Source: Candidatus Komeilibacteria bacterium (lineage in GTDB: Bacteria > Patescibacteriota > Patescibacteriia > UBA1558 > 2-01-FULL-52-15). From it: a stretch of DNA of 64,000 nt. Below the pieces are notes generated by a model that had not been told where the DNA came from, ran no database searches, and saw only the letters and a program-made list of their open reading frames with translations. The position numbers and the translations under genes are program-made. This document shows positions 1-11,466 of this stretch, in pieces. The stretch covers positions 6,018 to 70,017 of the forward strand of contig JAZDLR010000021.1 of NCBI GenBank assembly GCA_043801745.1, given 5' to 3'. The stretch's first letter is position 1. Each line of letters starts with the position of its first letter.

Positions 1-584
1 TGCTTGCCGGTGTCAGTATTTCACGGGATAAGTCGGCACAGACACTTTATTTAGAAACTAAGGGTTTAATTGAGCAGATATTGCAGCACTATTCCTTGCC
101 TTATGAATTCCGCTCGGAAACAGTTAAGTTCGGCAGTCAGGTATTAGGTATCCAAGCTCATGATCAAAAATTTGGTCTGCTGGGAACTCTCCGGCCGGAA
201 ATAATGGAGGAACACTTTTCTGGCTACAACATTGTTTGGTGGCAGATTAATTTACAAAAAATGGTTAAGCATGCCGAAGTTCGGCGCAGCTTTACGGCTT
301 TCCCTAAATTTCCCAGTGTTGTCCGGGATTTGGCTATTGTTGTGGATCGCACTATTGCCTGGGGTGATATTTATCAACAGTTAGTTGGTAGCTCGGGTTT
401 GATAGAGGAAATTGAACTATTTGATGTCTTTGAATCGCCGCAACTGGGCGAAGGCAAGCGGTCGCTGGCTTTTTCCCTAACTTTCCGCAGCAATGAGAAA
501 ACTTTAGAATCAGCCGAAATTGATTCCTTAGTTAAGCGCATCGTGGCTGATTTAACCAAGAAATTTGGAGCTAAACAGAGGTAG
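1..584 (+). CDS. pheT: Phenylalanine--tRNA ligase beta subunit, C-terminal part (5' end lies outside the window)
   Basis: The frame is open from the window edge. The C-terminal FDX-ACB-like segment reads '...FDVFESPQLGEGKRSLAFSLTFRSNEKTLESAEIDSLVKRIV', typical of the PheT C-terminus. Confidence 0.65.
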   Translation, partial: LAGVSISRDKSAQTLYLETKGLIEQILQHYSLPYEFRSETVKFGSQVLGIQAHDQKFGLLGTLRPEIMEEHFSGYNIVWWQINLQKMVKHAEVRRSFTAFPKFPSVVRDLAIVVDRTIAWGDIYQQLVGSSGLIEEIELFDVFESPQLGEGKRSLAFSLTFRSNEKTLESAEIDSLVKRIVADLTKKFGAKQR

Positions 585-708
585 CGGTTGTTTTGGTTTA
601 TCTATTAAAAATAAGCGTCCCAAAACGCTTATTTTCTCATTTGCGAACCTCATACACGCTGCTGTACGTTGCAGCGCAAAAACTCTGACTCTGGATATTG
701 TCCGAGTT

Positions 709-990
709 TTATTTGGATGTGTCTAGCTTGCGTCTTATCAGTTCAACAAGCTGACCGCAGGTGGAAAGAAGCGAGTCCTCTCCGCCATGATGGTCAATTA
801 TATTGTTTAGGTCGGTTATATCGCTTTCGTTGACTTCACATTTTCGTGCAAGTTCGACCAGTCTAGTACCGATCGACATTAAGGAATCCTCTCCCAGGTG
901 ATGATCGAGCTGTCTGTCGAGATCCTCCAAAGTCTTCTCGTTTAAGCTCTTTTGATCCATGTTTTTTTCGGGCAGACCTTCTTTACTCAT
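709..990 (-). CDS. Hypothetical small protein with internal duplication (DHHLGEDSLMSIGTRLVELARK / DHHGGEDSLLSTCGQLVELIRRK)
   Basis: 93-aa ORF. The sequence shows an internal repeat. An AT-rich promoter-like region and a C-rich repeat lie upstream at 1040-1100. Confidence 0.35.
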   Translation of the reverse strand: MSKEGLPEKNMDQKSLNEKTLEDLDRQLDHHLGEDSLMSIGTRLVELARKCEVNESDITDLNNIIDHHGGEDSLLSTCGQLVELIRRKLDTSK

Positions 991-1235
991 ATTTTTTTAA
1001 TTAGTCAATTAATTATTTTATAATTTCCGTTACAACGTACAACTGCACAGGATATCCCTGCCCGCCAGGCGAGCAAGGCGGCTTGCCCCGCTTAGGAATA
1101 TTCAATCTCTATGGGGTGTTAGGTGAAATACTAAAAAAATTAACCATTACACATTAATTATTGTATCAATTTTTAGGTAATGCGTTACTATAGAATATAA
1201 AAAGAACCCCCCCCATGTGCGCTCTTTATTAATTT

Positions 1236-1475
1236 CTATTTTTTAGAGTCCTTGGATAGTGTGCCAAGAAGTGTTCCGTTTGGTCCTCTTTTTTCTCGAA
1301 GCACTTCTAAACGCGCCTTCTCCTCAGTAGTTAGAGGTTGTTTCGGCTCTTTGCTGATGGATGCCAAAAGACTATTTCTACTTTCTAAATCGCGTAACTC
1401 CTGCATCTCTTCAGGAGAGAGGTCATTTTGTGTTATTTCCGAAGGGTTTTCTTGTAATGGCCATTCTTTGGACAT
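1236..1475 (-). CDS. Hypothetical small charged protein (starts MSKE, like the neighbouring gene)
   Basis: 79-aa ORF. The related repeat 'cctgcccgc...gccccgc' lies upstream at 1570-1640, matching the module upstream of 709-990. Confidence 0.3.
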   Translation of the reverse strand: MSKEWPLQENPSEITQNDLSPEEMQELRDLESRNSLLASISKEPKQPLTTEEKARLEVLREKRGPNGTLLGTLSKDSKK

Positions 1476-1682
1476 AATGTGATGATTAGTTATTTAGTAA
1501 GAAACGATGCATGTATATTATATCAAAATTATCTAATAGCTCAAGTTTTTTGCCATTTTACCTAACTGGCCATAATATTCCTGCCCGCTAAGTGAGTAAA
1601 ACGAGGCAGGCGAACTGCCTGCCCCGCAGAGCAGAGGTAAGGCGAAGTGTTGGGTAATGTACATTTCCGCTGTTTGAATTTA

Positions 1683-2156
1683 CTATGATACTTTGATTTG
1701 GCCAGCGTTTTTTTTCGCAGTTTCTACTTCCTCTTGAGACATTGTACGGTCATTGCTGAATTTTTTTACTATCTCCGGAAACCGCGCTTCAGCTAATCTT
1801 TCTACTGCTCTGGCAGCGACGACAACAGCATTGCTAATACTATCGTCGAGATTTTCCGCCACACCAGCTACAGCTGCAATTTCCCCTAGATTATTTCTGA
1901 CATATCTGCCTATGGCATCATCCCATTCTTGAAAAGCTGTTAGTTTTTGTAAAAGCTCTAGTGTTTTTAAAATTCCCTCTTTATGGTCGTTTGTTTTTGA
2001 TGATGTACCGACTTCAGCTCTAAGTCTCATGACTTCTTCTCCTAATTTTCTCGTGTCGATGGTTTCCAAAAGTCCTTTGAGGGTTTCAATGTCCTGTTGA
2101 TATTGCGTTTCGTACATACTCTGTTCTGTTTCGAACACGTTGAAAGATCGCTCCAT
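1683..2156 (-). CDS. Hypothetical protein
   Basis: 157-aa ORF of protein-like composition. I recognise no motif. Confidence 0.4.
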   Translation of the reverse strand: MERSFNVFETEQSMYETQYQQDIETLKGLLETIDTRKLGEEVMRLRAEVGTSSKTNDHKEGILKTLELLQKLTAFQEWDDAIGRYVRNNLGEIAAVAGVAENLDDSISNAVVVAARAVERLAEARFPEIVKKFSNDRTMSQEEVETAKKNAGQIKVS

Positions 2157-2368
2157 AAGTATATGTTTAATTTGTTAATCCCGCGATAATTAAGTCGCAA
2201 TTGAAAATTAAGTTTTTAAGTTGGTTTCAAGAAAGGCAAGAATGAATTTCACCTAACAGTTGGTCGCCTAACCCCCTGAAATTTTAGCTAAAGTTAGCCG
2301 GCTTGTAAAGCATTATTTTACTCTTATAATGCTTAATTTAAAGCATTGAAATTGGTTAGATAAAAGTC

Positions 2369-2397
2369 TTGTTTTTACCCTGAATTAGTGCTATACT
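2369..2397 (+). promoter_or_regulatory. Sigma70-like promoter with extended -10 (TTGTTT-17-TGcTATACT) upstream of gyrB
   Basis: TGCTATACT at 2389-2397 with TTGTTT 17 nt upstream. The identical TGCTATACT box recurs upstream of gap (52329-52337). Confidence 0.4.
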
Positions 2398-2478
2398 GTA
2401 ATAGTTAAAATGTGGCTAGAGTTAGCTATTAAATAGCGATTTTAGCTAAAAATTATACCATTATTTTTTTGTCATTAA

Positions 2479-4521
<2,043 letters not shown>

Positions 4522-4571
4522 GGGCTTGGGGCTTGTTACTTGGGGCTTGGCCGCCTCGCGTCATCACTTAC

Positions 4572-4697
4572 TGTCATTGCGAGCTTCCGCCTACGGCGGG
4601 AGCGCGGCAATCCAGTCTATACCATCTCAAAGCTAGATTGCTTCGTCGCCCAGCACCACTTGGCAGACAAGTGGTGCTGGGCTCCTCGCAAAGACAG
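4572..4697. repeat. MITE-like element, family C copy 1 (TIR TGTCATTGCGA...CTCGCAAAGACA; internal hairpins AATCTGT-AA-CAGATT and AGCACCACTTGGC/GCCAAGTGGTGCT)
   Basis: Near-identical copies at 11326-11428 and 17899-18011. All three are intergenic. Confidence 0.55.
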
Positions 4698-4720
4698 TAG
4701 CGAGGCGGGTAGTACTATTT

Positions 4721-5614
4721 ATGACGAATTTTGAAGATTACTTAAAAGAACGCGGCCAGTTAATCAACGATTATCTAGTCGAGCTGACCAAAGGCTCGCT
4801 TTTTAAAGATAAACTAGGCGAAGCCATGAAATATAGCTTACTCGCCGGCGGCAAGCGCCTGCGTCCGATTTTAGTTTTGGCCGCCTATGAAACTTGCGGT
4901 GGTAAGGATTTGCCATCGATGCTTCCGGTGGCGGCGGCTTTGGAATGTATTCATACATCTTCTCTGATTCATGATGATCTGCCGGCCATGGATAATGATG
5001 ACTACCGCCGCGGTAAATTAACTAATCATAAAGTTTATGGTGACGCCATGGCTATACTGGCCGGAGACGGATTATTGATCATGGCTTTTGAATTATTGAC
5101 CAGAGATGATTTAAATCCGGCGTTAGCGCCGGCTATTCGCGTTCGCTTAGTTGAAGAATTAGCTAGGGCCACCGGATCAGAGGGTATGGTTGGCGGTCAG
5201 TCAACTGACATTCTGTCTGAAGGCAAAAAGATTTCTTTAGATGAGCTGCGCAGTATTCATTCCAGAAAAACCGGAGCCCTGATTCGTGCCAGTGTGCGTA
5301 TGGGGGCTATTGGCGCGGAAATCGGGGAGGATCAGCTAGAAGCTTTAACTCAATTTAGTGACAGCGCCGGTTTAGCTTTTCAGATTGCTGATGATATTTT
5401 AAATGTTACCAGTACCCGTGAGGAGTTGGGTAAGGGCGTAGGAACTGATGTTGTTCAGGAAAAAGCCACTTATCCGCAGCTGGTCGGGTTGGATGAAGCT
5501 AAGAAGCTGGCCGAAGACGAAGTTGAGACAGCTATTAATATTTTGAATAAAATTCCGGGTAATACCGAGACGTTGAAAAGTTTGGTTAAGTATATTGTTG
5601 AACGTAAGAAATAA
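4721..5614 (+). CDS. Polyprenyl diphosphate synthase (FPP/GGPP synthase family)
   Basis: First and second Asp-rich motifs: 'LIHDDLPAMDNDDYRRGK' and 'FQIADDILNV'. Confidence 0.8.
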   Translation: MTNFEDYLKERGQLINDYLVELTKGSLFKDKLGEAMKYSLLAGGKRLRPILVLAAYETCGGKDLPSMLPVAAALECIHTSSLIHDDLPAMDNDDYRRGKLTNHKVYGDAMAILAGDGLLIMAFELLTRDDLNPALAPAIRVRLVEELARATGSEGMVGGQSTDILSEGKKISLDELRSIHSRKTGALIRASVRMGAIGAEIGEDQLEALTQFSDSAGLAFQIADDILNVTSTREELGKGVGTDVVQEKATYPQLVGLDEAKKLAEDEVETAINILNKIPGNTETLKSLVKYIVERKK

Positions 5615-5653
5615 TTTTTTAACGAATTAGCCTCATAATTTGACGGAGTTGAT

Positions 5654-5690
5654 TCCGTTAGAATCTTTGTTTCTAACGGAGTTGACAACC
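5654..5690 (+). promoter_or_regulatory. Palindrome TCCGTTAGAA-N7-TTCTAACGGA abutting a TTGACA -35 box
   Basis: Member of the recurring CCCCGTTAGA/TCTAACGGGG palindrome family, also at 8452, 50094, 55504. It directly precedes GTTGACA upstream of the GC-rich ORF at 5739. Confidence 0.3.
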
Positions 5691-5738
5691 GGCAGCCTGG
5701 CGTTAAACTTTAAGTAGTAATAAATTAACAGTAAAACT

Positions 5739-6245
5739 ATGCCCAGCAAAAAACAAAAAAAAGCTAGTCGAAAAAATATTGTCGCAGCGCAGAAACGCTG
5801 GCAATCAATGACACATTTTCACAGAGCCTTAGCTCAACCCCAAGGCCGGGCGCGGCTAAAGCCAGGTTCAACCGGTAAGGGCGAATTTTATCATATCGTG
5901 GTGCGGCCCAAAGAAGAGTTTACCAGTTTCCGTAATCAGGACGTGGGTAAGAAAGGGCACCTAGAACGGTTAGCTGGACGGCGTTCCAGCGGATCGTGGG
6001 CCACGCAAACTTGGTTGATCGGTAAAACTGATGCCACTGTTAAAAACGGTAAACTAATAGCTAAATCACCGGCAGCCAAAAAATTATTTGCCACTTTAGG
6101 TTCAGTACCAAGTTGGGTCAAGGGCGATATCTTTCAAGCTAAGGACAGGCGTAATATTCCGGAAAAGGACAAGCCGACCCTGGCGCAGCGCCGCGCTCAA
6201 GCTAAAAATATTAAGAAGGCTCAGGCAGCACGCCGCCGGCGTTAA
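5739..6245 (+). CDS. Hypothetical highly basic protein (GC about 50%, above window background)
   Basis: 168-aa ORF with Lys/Arg-rich termini. I recognise no family. Confidence 0.4.
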   Translation: MPSKKQKKASRKNIVAAQKRWQSMTHFHRALAQPQGRARLKPGSTGKGEFYHIVVRPKEEFTSFRNQDVGKKGHLERLAGRRSSGSWATQTWLIGKTDATVKNGKLIAKSPAAKKLFATLGSVPSWVKGDIFQAKDRRNIPEKDKPTLAQRRAQAKNIKKAQAARRRR

Positions 6246-6375
6246 GTTTCGCGGCAATAGTAGGTAGGCGCACTTGTATTTACAGAGTTTTTTTGTTATT
6301 ATTCTGTAGTAACAAGCCGCCATGGGCGGTTTTAAAATAGCCTTTAGCTATATTTGGCTAAAGTTAGCAAAAATT

Positions 6376-6558
6376 ATGAATAAAATTATCAACTATTTAC
6401 GCGGCGCCAGGGTAGAACTGATGAAAGTAGCCTGGCCAACTAGACAACAGACCACCAAATATACCATTGAGGTGGTGGTTATTTCCGCCGGTATAGCCTT
6501 ATTTTTGGGGTTGCTGGATTATATAATCAGCACTGTTTTGCAGCTATTTTTACGTTAA
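6376..6558 (+). CDS. secE: Preprotein translocase subunit SecE
   Basis: 'ELMKVAWPTRQQTTKYTIEVVVISAGIALFLGLLDYII' is the SecE signature with a single TM. It sits directly upstream of nusG, the conserved order. The start could instead be 6322 or 6337. Confidence 0.6.
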   Translation: MNKIINYLRGARVELMKVAWPTRQQTTKYTIEVVVISAGIALFLGLLDYIISTVLQLFLR

Positions 6559-6564
6559 ATCTCT

Positions 6565-7110
6565 ATGGCTAAACAAAATTTACAGCAAGGTCGCCGTTGG
6601 TATGCGCTTCATACCTATTCCGGTTATGAGGAAAACGTCTCTCGTAATCTGAAGCAGCGCATTGAATCCATGGATATGGAAGATAAAATTTTTGATGTTT
6701 TGATTCCGACCGAAACCAAGATCAAGATTAAGAATGGTAAACGCCGTACAGTACGCGAGAAAATATTTCCTGGCTACGTGCTGGTTAACATGATCGTAAC
6801 TGACGCTTCCTGGTATGTGGTGCGCAATACCCCTAATGTCACAGGATTTATCGGTACCGGTACTATCCCGACTCCGGTGGCGGATGAAGAAATAAAGTCC
6901 CTGCAGCAGCGTATGGGTGTAGAAGAGCCGGAATACAAGATTGATATTTCTGTTGGTCAGATGGTTAAGATTGTTGATGGACCGTTTAAGAATTACGAAG
7001 GTAAGGCCAGCGAAATTGACGAGGCCCGCGGCAAAGTTAAAGTTCTGATTTCTGTTTTTGGCCGGGAAACTCCGGTTGAGCTGGACTTTTTACAGGTTAA
7101 GAAGATGTAA
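6565..7110 (+). CDS. nusG: Transcription termination/antitermination factor NusG
   Basis: NGN domain ('WYALHTYSGYEENV', 'FPGYVLVNM') plus C-terminal KOW; in the secE-nusG-rplK-rplA arrangement. Confidence 0.85.
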   Translation: MAKQNLQQGRRWYALHTYSGYEENVSRNLKQRIESMDMEDKIFDVLIPTETKIKIKNGKRRTVREKIFPGYVLVNMIVTDASWYVVRNTPNVTGFIGTGTIPTPVADEEIKSLQQRMGVEEPEYKIDISVGQMVKIVDGPFKNYEGKASEIDEARGKVKVLISVFGRETPVELDFLQVKKM

Positions 7111-7191
7111 GATTAGTTGAAAGTTATAAGTTGAAAGTTAAAAGACGAGTTGATGCTTCTAGTCAACTCATAAGAAATTAAGATAATATTT

Positions 7192-7617
7192 ATGGCTAAA
7201 CCAATTAAAGCCTTAGTAAAATTGCAGATCATGGGTGGTGCGGCTACGCCGGCTCCGCCAGTAGGAACTGCGCTCGGACCGCACGGTGTTAATATTCAGG
7301 ATTTTTGCGCCAAGTTTAATGAAGCGACCAAAGATAAGCGTGGTACCACGGTGCCGATTGATTTGACGATTTATGAAGACCGCACTTTTACTTTTATCCT
7401 GAAAACTCCGCCAGCTTCGGAACTATTAAAGAAAGCTGCCGGTATTGAGAAAGGTTCAGGCAAGCCGTTACAGGAAAAAGTCGGCAGCGTGACCAAAGCG
7501 CAGGTACGGCAGATCGCCGAAGTGAAAATGCCGGATTTAAATGCCAATGATATTGAAGCCGCAATGAAGATTATTGAAGGCACGGCGCGGCAGATGGGAA
7601 TAACAATCAGGGACTAG
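7192..7617 (+). CDS. rplK: 50S ribosomal protein L11
   Basis: '[43 protein letters not shown]' is canonical L11. Confidence 0.9.
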   Translation: MAKPIKALVKLQIMGGAATPAPPVGTALGPHGVNIQDFCAKFNEATKDKRGTTVPIDLTIYEDRTFTFILKTPPASELLKKAAGIEKGSGKPLQEKVGSVTKAQVRQIAEVKMPDLNANDIEAAMKIIEGTARQMGITIRD

Positions 7618-7719
7618 GGACTTGGGGCTTGGGACTGGAATCGCTATTCCGTAGCTCACCTATTTAATTAAAGTGGGACCGCGTTGAACGCGGGCTATAA
7701 CCACACAAATTACAACATT

Positions 7720-8400
7720 ATGAAAATCAGTAAAAGAATGCAGGCCCAGAAGGCCAAGTTAGAAGCCGGAAAAGTTTATCCCTTAGCCGAAAGCATTGCT
7801 TTGGTTAAAGATACTTCCGGCGTTAAGTTTGATGCTACGATCGAAGTTCACGTCAAATTGGGAATTGATCCGAAACAGAGTGACCAGTTAGTTCGCGCTA
7901 CAGTTGCCTTGCCGCACGGCACAGGAAAATCGGTTAAAGTCGCTGCTTTTGTTCCGGAAGATTTGGTAGCTGAAGCCAAGAAAGCCGGCGCTGACATTGT
8001 CGGCAACAAGGAGCTAATTGAAGAGATCAAGAAAACCGGCAAATGTGATTTTGCCGTGGCTATTGCTACGCCAGATATGATGAAAGATTTGTCGGCTATC
8101 GCCCGTATCTTAGGTCAGAAAGGCTTAATGCCTAATCCTAAAACTGGCACTATTACCACTAAAGTTGGTCAGACGGTAACTGAACTTAAGGCTGGCAAAA
8201 TCAGCTTTAAGAATGATTCTTTCGGTAATGTCCACGTGGTCATTGGTAAGGTATCATTTGACCCGGCTAAATTGACCGAGAACTTTGAGGCTTTTGCTAA
8301 AGCTTTAAAAAGTGTCAAACCGGAAAAGATGAAAGGCATTTACATTAAGGGAATTTATCTGACCTCATCCATGGGACCGGCGATCAAAGTGAGTCTGTAA
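7720..8400 (+). CDS. rplA: 50S ribosomal protein L1
   Basis: 'MKISKRMQAQKAKLEAGKVYPLAESIALVKD...KFDATIEVHVKLGIDPKQSDQ' is canonical L1. I take the start at the internal ATG at 7720. Confidence 0.9.
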   Translation: MKISKRMQAQKAKLEAGKVYPLAESIALVKDTSGVKFDATIEVHVKLGIDPKQSDQLVRATVALPHGTGKSVKVAAFVPEDLVAEAKKAGADIVGNKELIEEIKKTGKCDFAVAIATPDMMKDLSAIARILGQKGLMPNPKTGTITTKVGQTVTELKAGKISFKNDSFGNVHVVIGKVSFDPAKLTENFEAFAKALKSVKPEKMKGIYIKGIYLTSSMGPAIKVSL

Positions 8401-8451
8401 TCAAAATTTTGACAAAAGGCCTGATTAAATATCGGGTTTTTTGTATTACTG

Positions 8452-8487
8452 CCCCGTTAGAAGCGTTTCCTTATAACGGGGTTGACA
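8452..8487 (+). promoter_or_regulatory. Palindrome CCCCGTTAGA-N10-TATAACGGGG immediately followed by a TTGACA -35
   Basis: Same palindrome family as 5654 and 50094. It lies upstream of the GC-rich membrane-protein gene at 8584. Confidence 0.3.
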
Positions 8488-8583
8488 TTTTTTGATTAAG
8501 ATTGTAGTGTCTAGTATCCGCACTTTGACAGAATTTTTTTTGAATCTGCGCCGTTTCCACCCCAAACCAGGAGGTAGTAATCT

Positions 8584-9408
8584 ATGTCCAGAAGCGATAA
8601 GTATTTGCGAATGTTGATGGCTGGTGCCATTGGCGCCATGATCGGCACGGTCGCGGCTCTGATCTTCAGCTGGTCGTTGATTCCTATGATGTGTTTTGGA
8701 GGCATTATCGGTTTCGTCGGCTATGCTCCGCGGAAGTTCGTGGCCGGAATTGCGCCAGCTTGGCGCAGCGCCAGATATCGTGTCGCACCTGTTGGTCCGG
8801 GGATCATGCAGGTCTGCCGGCGGCTGTGGACACATAAGAAGATGGTGTTCTGGGCCTGGTTGTTTTCTTTCGTTATGATACTTTGGATGTCCCAGCTTTT
8901 TATTCCACTTGTTATTCATTCAACAGTTGAAGAGCGTTCCGCAACACTACGGACGTTGTTTGGGATGTGGGTTTTCTTGTCTACATTCAGCGCTGCATTA
9001 TTTGTGGGAGCTCAGGAAGACGAGACGCGAGTTCAGACTGATGGCGCTTTTTTCCGCACCGTAAGCCTTCACGGTAATCCGATCAGCGCCGCTTTCTACA
9101 TCCTGCGGGCGTTGCTCTACTATCTGCCTCGCTGGGCTTGGCGACAGCTGCCGCAGTGGGGTAGATTCTTCGGGGCATTCTTCATTGCTTGGATGCGGTT
9201 TACCTACTCCCATGAGCGGCTCTTCGCTGGCTTTGGAGCAGCGCTCGGCACCCTGCTTGGCACTTTGTACGGCAGACATAGCGGACAGTTGTTTCCGGCA
9301 GCCATGATCGGTGCTTTAGCAGGTGGAGTGTCGACAGTGGCTGGGAATTTCGTGTTCCGTCTGCTTCTGTTGCGGTTTGATCCGGCGGCCGTGAAGCAGA
9401 GGATCTGA
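8584..9408 (+). CDS. Hypothetical polytopic membrane protein (GC about 52%)
   Basis: Strong RBS (AGGAGGTAGTAATCTATG) and multiple hydrophobic helices. The antisense ORF 8446-8919 is rejected. Confidence 0.5.
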   Translation: MSRSDKYLRMLMAGAIGAMIGTVAALIFSWSLIPMMCFGGIIGFVGYAPRKFVAGIAPAWRSARYRVAPVGPGIMQVCRRLWTHKKMVFWAWLFSFVMILWMSQLFIPLVIHSTVEERSATLRTLFGMWVFLSTFSAALFVGAQEDETRVQTDGAFFRTVSLHGNPISAAFYILRALLYYLPRWAWRQLPQWGRFFGAFFIAWMRFTYSHERLFAGFGAALGTLLGTLYGRHSGQLFPAAMIGALAGGVSTVAGNFVFRLLLLRFDPAAVKQRI

Positions 9409-9425
9409 TACAAGGAGAACTTTGG

Positions 9426-9470
9426 CGGCGGAGTTAGCTGTTTCATTCAGCTGATTCCGCCGTCTTTTTT
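9426..9470 (+). terminator. Rho-independent terminator
   Basis: Stem CGGCGGA/TCCGCCG with inner AGCTG/CAGCT, followed by TCTTTTTTT. Confidence 0.65.
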
Positions 9471-9493
9471 TATCTTCTGAAATATAAATGTTG

Positions 9494-9517
9494 AATCCTC
9501 CCTAAGGGGAGGATTCA
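9494..9517. terminator. Perfect palindrome GAATCCTCCCT-AA-GGGGAGGATTC at the stop of the minus-strand small ORF (possible bidirectional terminator)
   Basis: 11-bp perfect inverted repeat with AT-rich flanks on both sides. Confidence 0.4.
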
Positions 9518-9693
9518 TTGTCTGGCTGTTGGGCTTTTTTTTGGTAGGCACGCAGCAGCCGCAGGACCGGGTGGAGATAGCCGTTTTTGGCTTCTCGGAC
9601 ACGCGCTTTTAGCAGAGCCTGCTGCAGGCGATGTGCAATGTCGGCTACCATGACCGGCTGGGTGCTGGTCTTTTCGCTCTTTTTATCGCTCAT
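9502..9693 (-). CDS. Hypothetical small basic protein (63 aa, MSDKKSEKTS...)
   Basis: The internal ATG at 9693 has an upstream AGGAGGG. The longer ORF reaching 9810 would overlap the divergent deaminase start. Confidence 0.3.
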   Translation of the reverse strand: MSDKKSEKTSTQPVMVADIAHRLQQALLKARVREAKNGYLHPVLRLLRAYQKKAQQPDNESSP

Positions 9694-9809
9694 GAGCCCT
9701 CCTGAGGAACGAGACGCCTGAACTCTACGATGGAACCGGTCAGCCGTCAAGTTTAAATAGTCACTGCCCTTTGGTACAATACAGTCAGCTAATTTTTTAC
9801 TTATCAACA

Positions 9810-10334
9810 ATGACTGTACCTAGACCCTCGTGGGACGATTATTTCATGGCTATGACGCGTATCGTGGCTACGCGTAGCTCTTGTGACCGTTTGTCCGCCG
9901 GAGCTATTTTAGTTAAGCAAAAACGCATTATTGCCACTGGCTATAATGGCGCGCCTCCGGGTCAGCCGAATTGCAATGAGGTTGGTCATTTATTGGAAGA
10001 CGGTCACTGCGTGCGCACGATTCATGCCGAACATAATGCCATTTTGCAGGTGTCACTGTTGCAGGGTTCCAGCACAGAAGGATCCACTTTATATATTAAT
10101 TACAGTCCCTGTATTCACTGTGCTAAATATATTTTAGCCGCTGGGATTAAAAAAATCGTAATTGGTAAAATATACCGCACGCCGCAAGTGGTTGATTATC
10201 TGAAGCAGGCGGGTCTGGAAGTGGTGTTGTATCAGAGAAATGCGGCCTGGGATGAAGGATTGTCGGAAATGTTTAAGCATGAAATAGAGGATAGGAAAGC
10301 GCCGGAAGGTAACATAACTTTAACCAATGGCTAA
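9810..10334 (+). CDS. dCMP deaminase (cytidine/deoxycytidylate deaminase family)
   Basis: Zinc-ligand motifs 'HAEHNAI' and 'PCIHCAKYI', with 'GYNGAPPG'. Confidence 0.8.
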   Translation: MTVPRPSWDDYFMAMTRIVATRSSCDRLSAGAILVKQKRIIATGYNGAPPGQPNCNEVGHLLEDGHCVRTIHAEHNAILQVSLLQGSSTEGSTLYINYSPCIHCAKYILAAGIKKIVIGKIYRTPQVVDYLKQAGLEVVLYQRNAAWDEGLSEMFKHEIEDRKAPEGNITLTNG

Positions 10335-10893
10335 AATAATTCTGGGATTTACCGGGTTGATGTGTTGTGGCAAAGGAACGATTAATGTTTACCTGTCTTC
10401 ACATTACGGCGCCGCAACTTATCGCTATTCTACTATGATACGCGATGTTCTTGATCGCTTATATTTACCGCACAGCCGGGATAATATGAGTCATTTATCG
10501 ACTTTGTTACGGCAAGAATTTGGCGAAGATTTAATGGCCAAAGTTATGGCCCGCGACGTGACGAAAGCTGCCGAGTCACTGATCGCTATTGATGGCATTC
10601 GCCGGCCAATGGACGTGTCCAGTTTGAGAGAACTGCCGGAATTTAAATTAGTGGCTATCAATGCCGCTGAAGAGGTGCGTTATCAGCGCTTGATTAACCG
10701 CGGGGAAAATCCGGATGATAAAACGAAAACCCGGGAGCAGTTCCGCGCCGATCATTTATTGGAAACCGAGGCCTCAATTCCCGGTGCTATGGCCGAAGCG
10801 GATTTTCAATTGGATAATAACGGCGCCTTGGAGCAGTTATATCAGCAGTTAGATGATTTGTTAAAAAAATTGGGCTATGAAGGTAAAATTTAA
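10327..10893 (+). CDS. P-loop nucleoside/nucleotide kinase (dNMP-kinase-like), unusual Walker A 'GLMCCGKGT'
   Basis: N-terminal Walker A GxxxxGKGT with Cys-Cys in the loop, about 188 aa. It overlaps the deaminase stop and lies within the thymidylate operon. Confidence 0.5.
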   Translation: MAKIILGFTGLMCCGKGTINVYLSSHYGAATYRYSTMIRDVLDRLYLPHSRDNMSHLSTLLRQEFGEDLMAKVMARDVTKAAESLIAIDGIRRPMDVSSLRELPEFKLVAINAAEEVRYQRLINRGENPDDKTKTREQFRADHLLETEASIPGAMAEADFQLDNNGALEQLYQQLDDLLKKLGYEGKI

Positions 10894-11299
10894 AAAGTTA
10901 AATCCCGATGTCAGATTGCCGGAGTATAGTCATAGCGGCGACGCTGGGGCTAATGTATTTTCTTTGGAAGATAAAGTGATTAAAGCCGGGCAACGGGAAA
11001 CTTTTCATCTGGGTTTTGCTACAGAATTTCCGGCCACACATGTTGGTTTGATCTGGGACCGCGGCGGATTAGCAGCTCTGCAGGGCCTGACATGTTTAGC
11101 TGGCGTGGCGGATGCTAATTATCGCGGTGAGTGGGTGCTAGTTTTGTTAAATACCTCAGATCAGGATTATCAGGTGAAGAAAGGCGACAAGATCGCGCAG
11201 ATTTTGTTTCAGCCGATTGAAGTGGTTGAATTTGAAGTTGTTGATCAGCTAAGCGAGACCAGTAGAGGAGAGGGGAAGTTTGGATCAACGGGCAGATAA
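10877..11299 (+). CDS. dut: dUTP diphosphatase
   Basis: dUTPase motifs 'SGDAGANVF', 'GLIWDRGGLA', 'RGEGKFGSTG'. Confidence 0.85.
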   Translation: MKVKFKKLNPDVRLPEYSHSGDAGANVFSLEDKVIKAGQRETFHLGFATEFPATHVGLIWDRGGLAALQGLTCLAGVADANYRGEWVLVLLNTSDQDYQVKKGDKIAQILFQPIEVVEFEVVDQLSETSRGEGKFGSTGR

Positions 11300-11325
11300 T
11301 TAAATGGAACGCCCGTTTCGTTTCT

Positions 11326-11428
11326 GTCATTGCGAACCGCGTCCGACGCGGGAAGCAATCTGTAACAGATTGCTTCGTCGCCCTTCGACCTTCGACAAGC
11401 TCAGGTCTTGGGACTCCTCGCAATGACA
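11326..11428. repeat. MITE-like element, family C copy 2
   Basis: TIR TGTCATTGCGAAC...CTCGCAATGACA with the internal AATCTGTAACAGATTGCTTCGTCGCCC shared with copies 1 and 3. Confidence 0.55.
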
Positions 11429-11466
11429 ATGATGGTGTGCGGACAACTTACAATAAATAACTAACA

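Noticed and set aside
4540-4734. ORFs 4540-4734(+), 11115-11429(-) and 17797-18012(-), which share peptide segments (HHLA.KWCWA / KQSVTDC)
   Set aside because: All three read straight through copies of the family C MITE. The shared peptide is a by-product of repeated DNA, with no RBS and no protein-like composition.
5739-6245. Annotating the basic 168-aa protein as a ribosomal or nucleoid protein
   Set aside because: The call would rest only on Lys/Arg richness and proximity to secE-nusG. No motif recognised.
7149-7171. Hairpin GAGTTGA-N9-TCAACTC between nusG and rplK as a terminator
   Set aside because: No downstream T-run. It is more likely part of the L11 leader or attenuator structure, and a terminator cannot be supported.
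8446-8919. Minus-strand 157-aa ORF overlapping the membrane-protein gene
   Set aside because: The plus-strand gene has a canonical RBS and multiple TM helices. The minus ORF is Arg/Pro/His-rich low-complexity.
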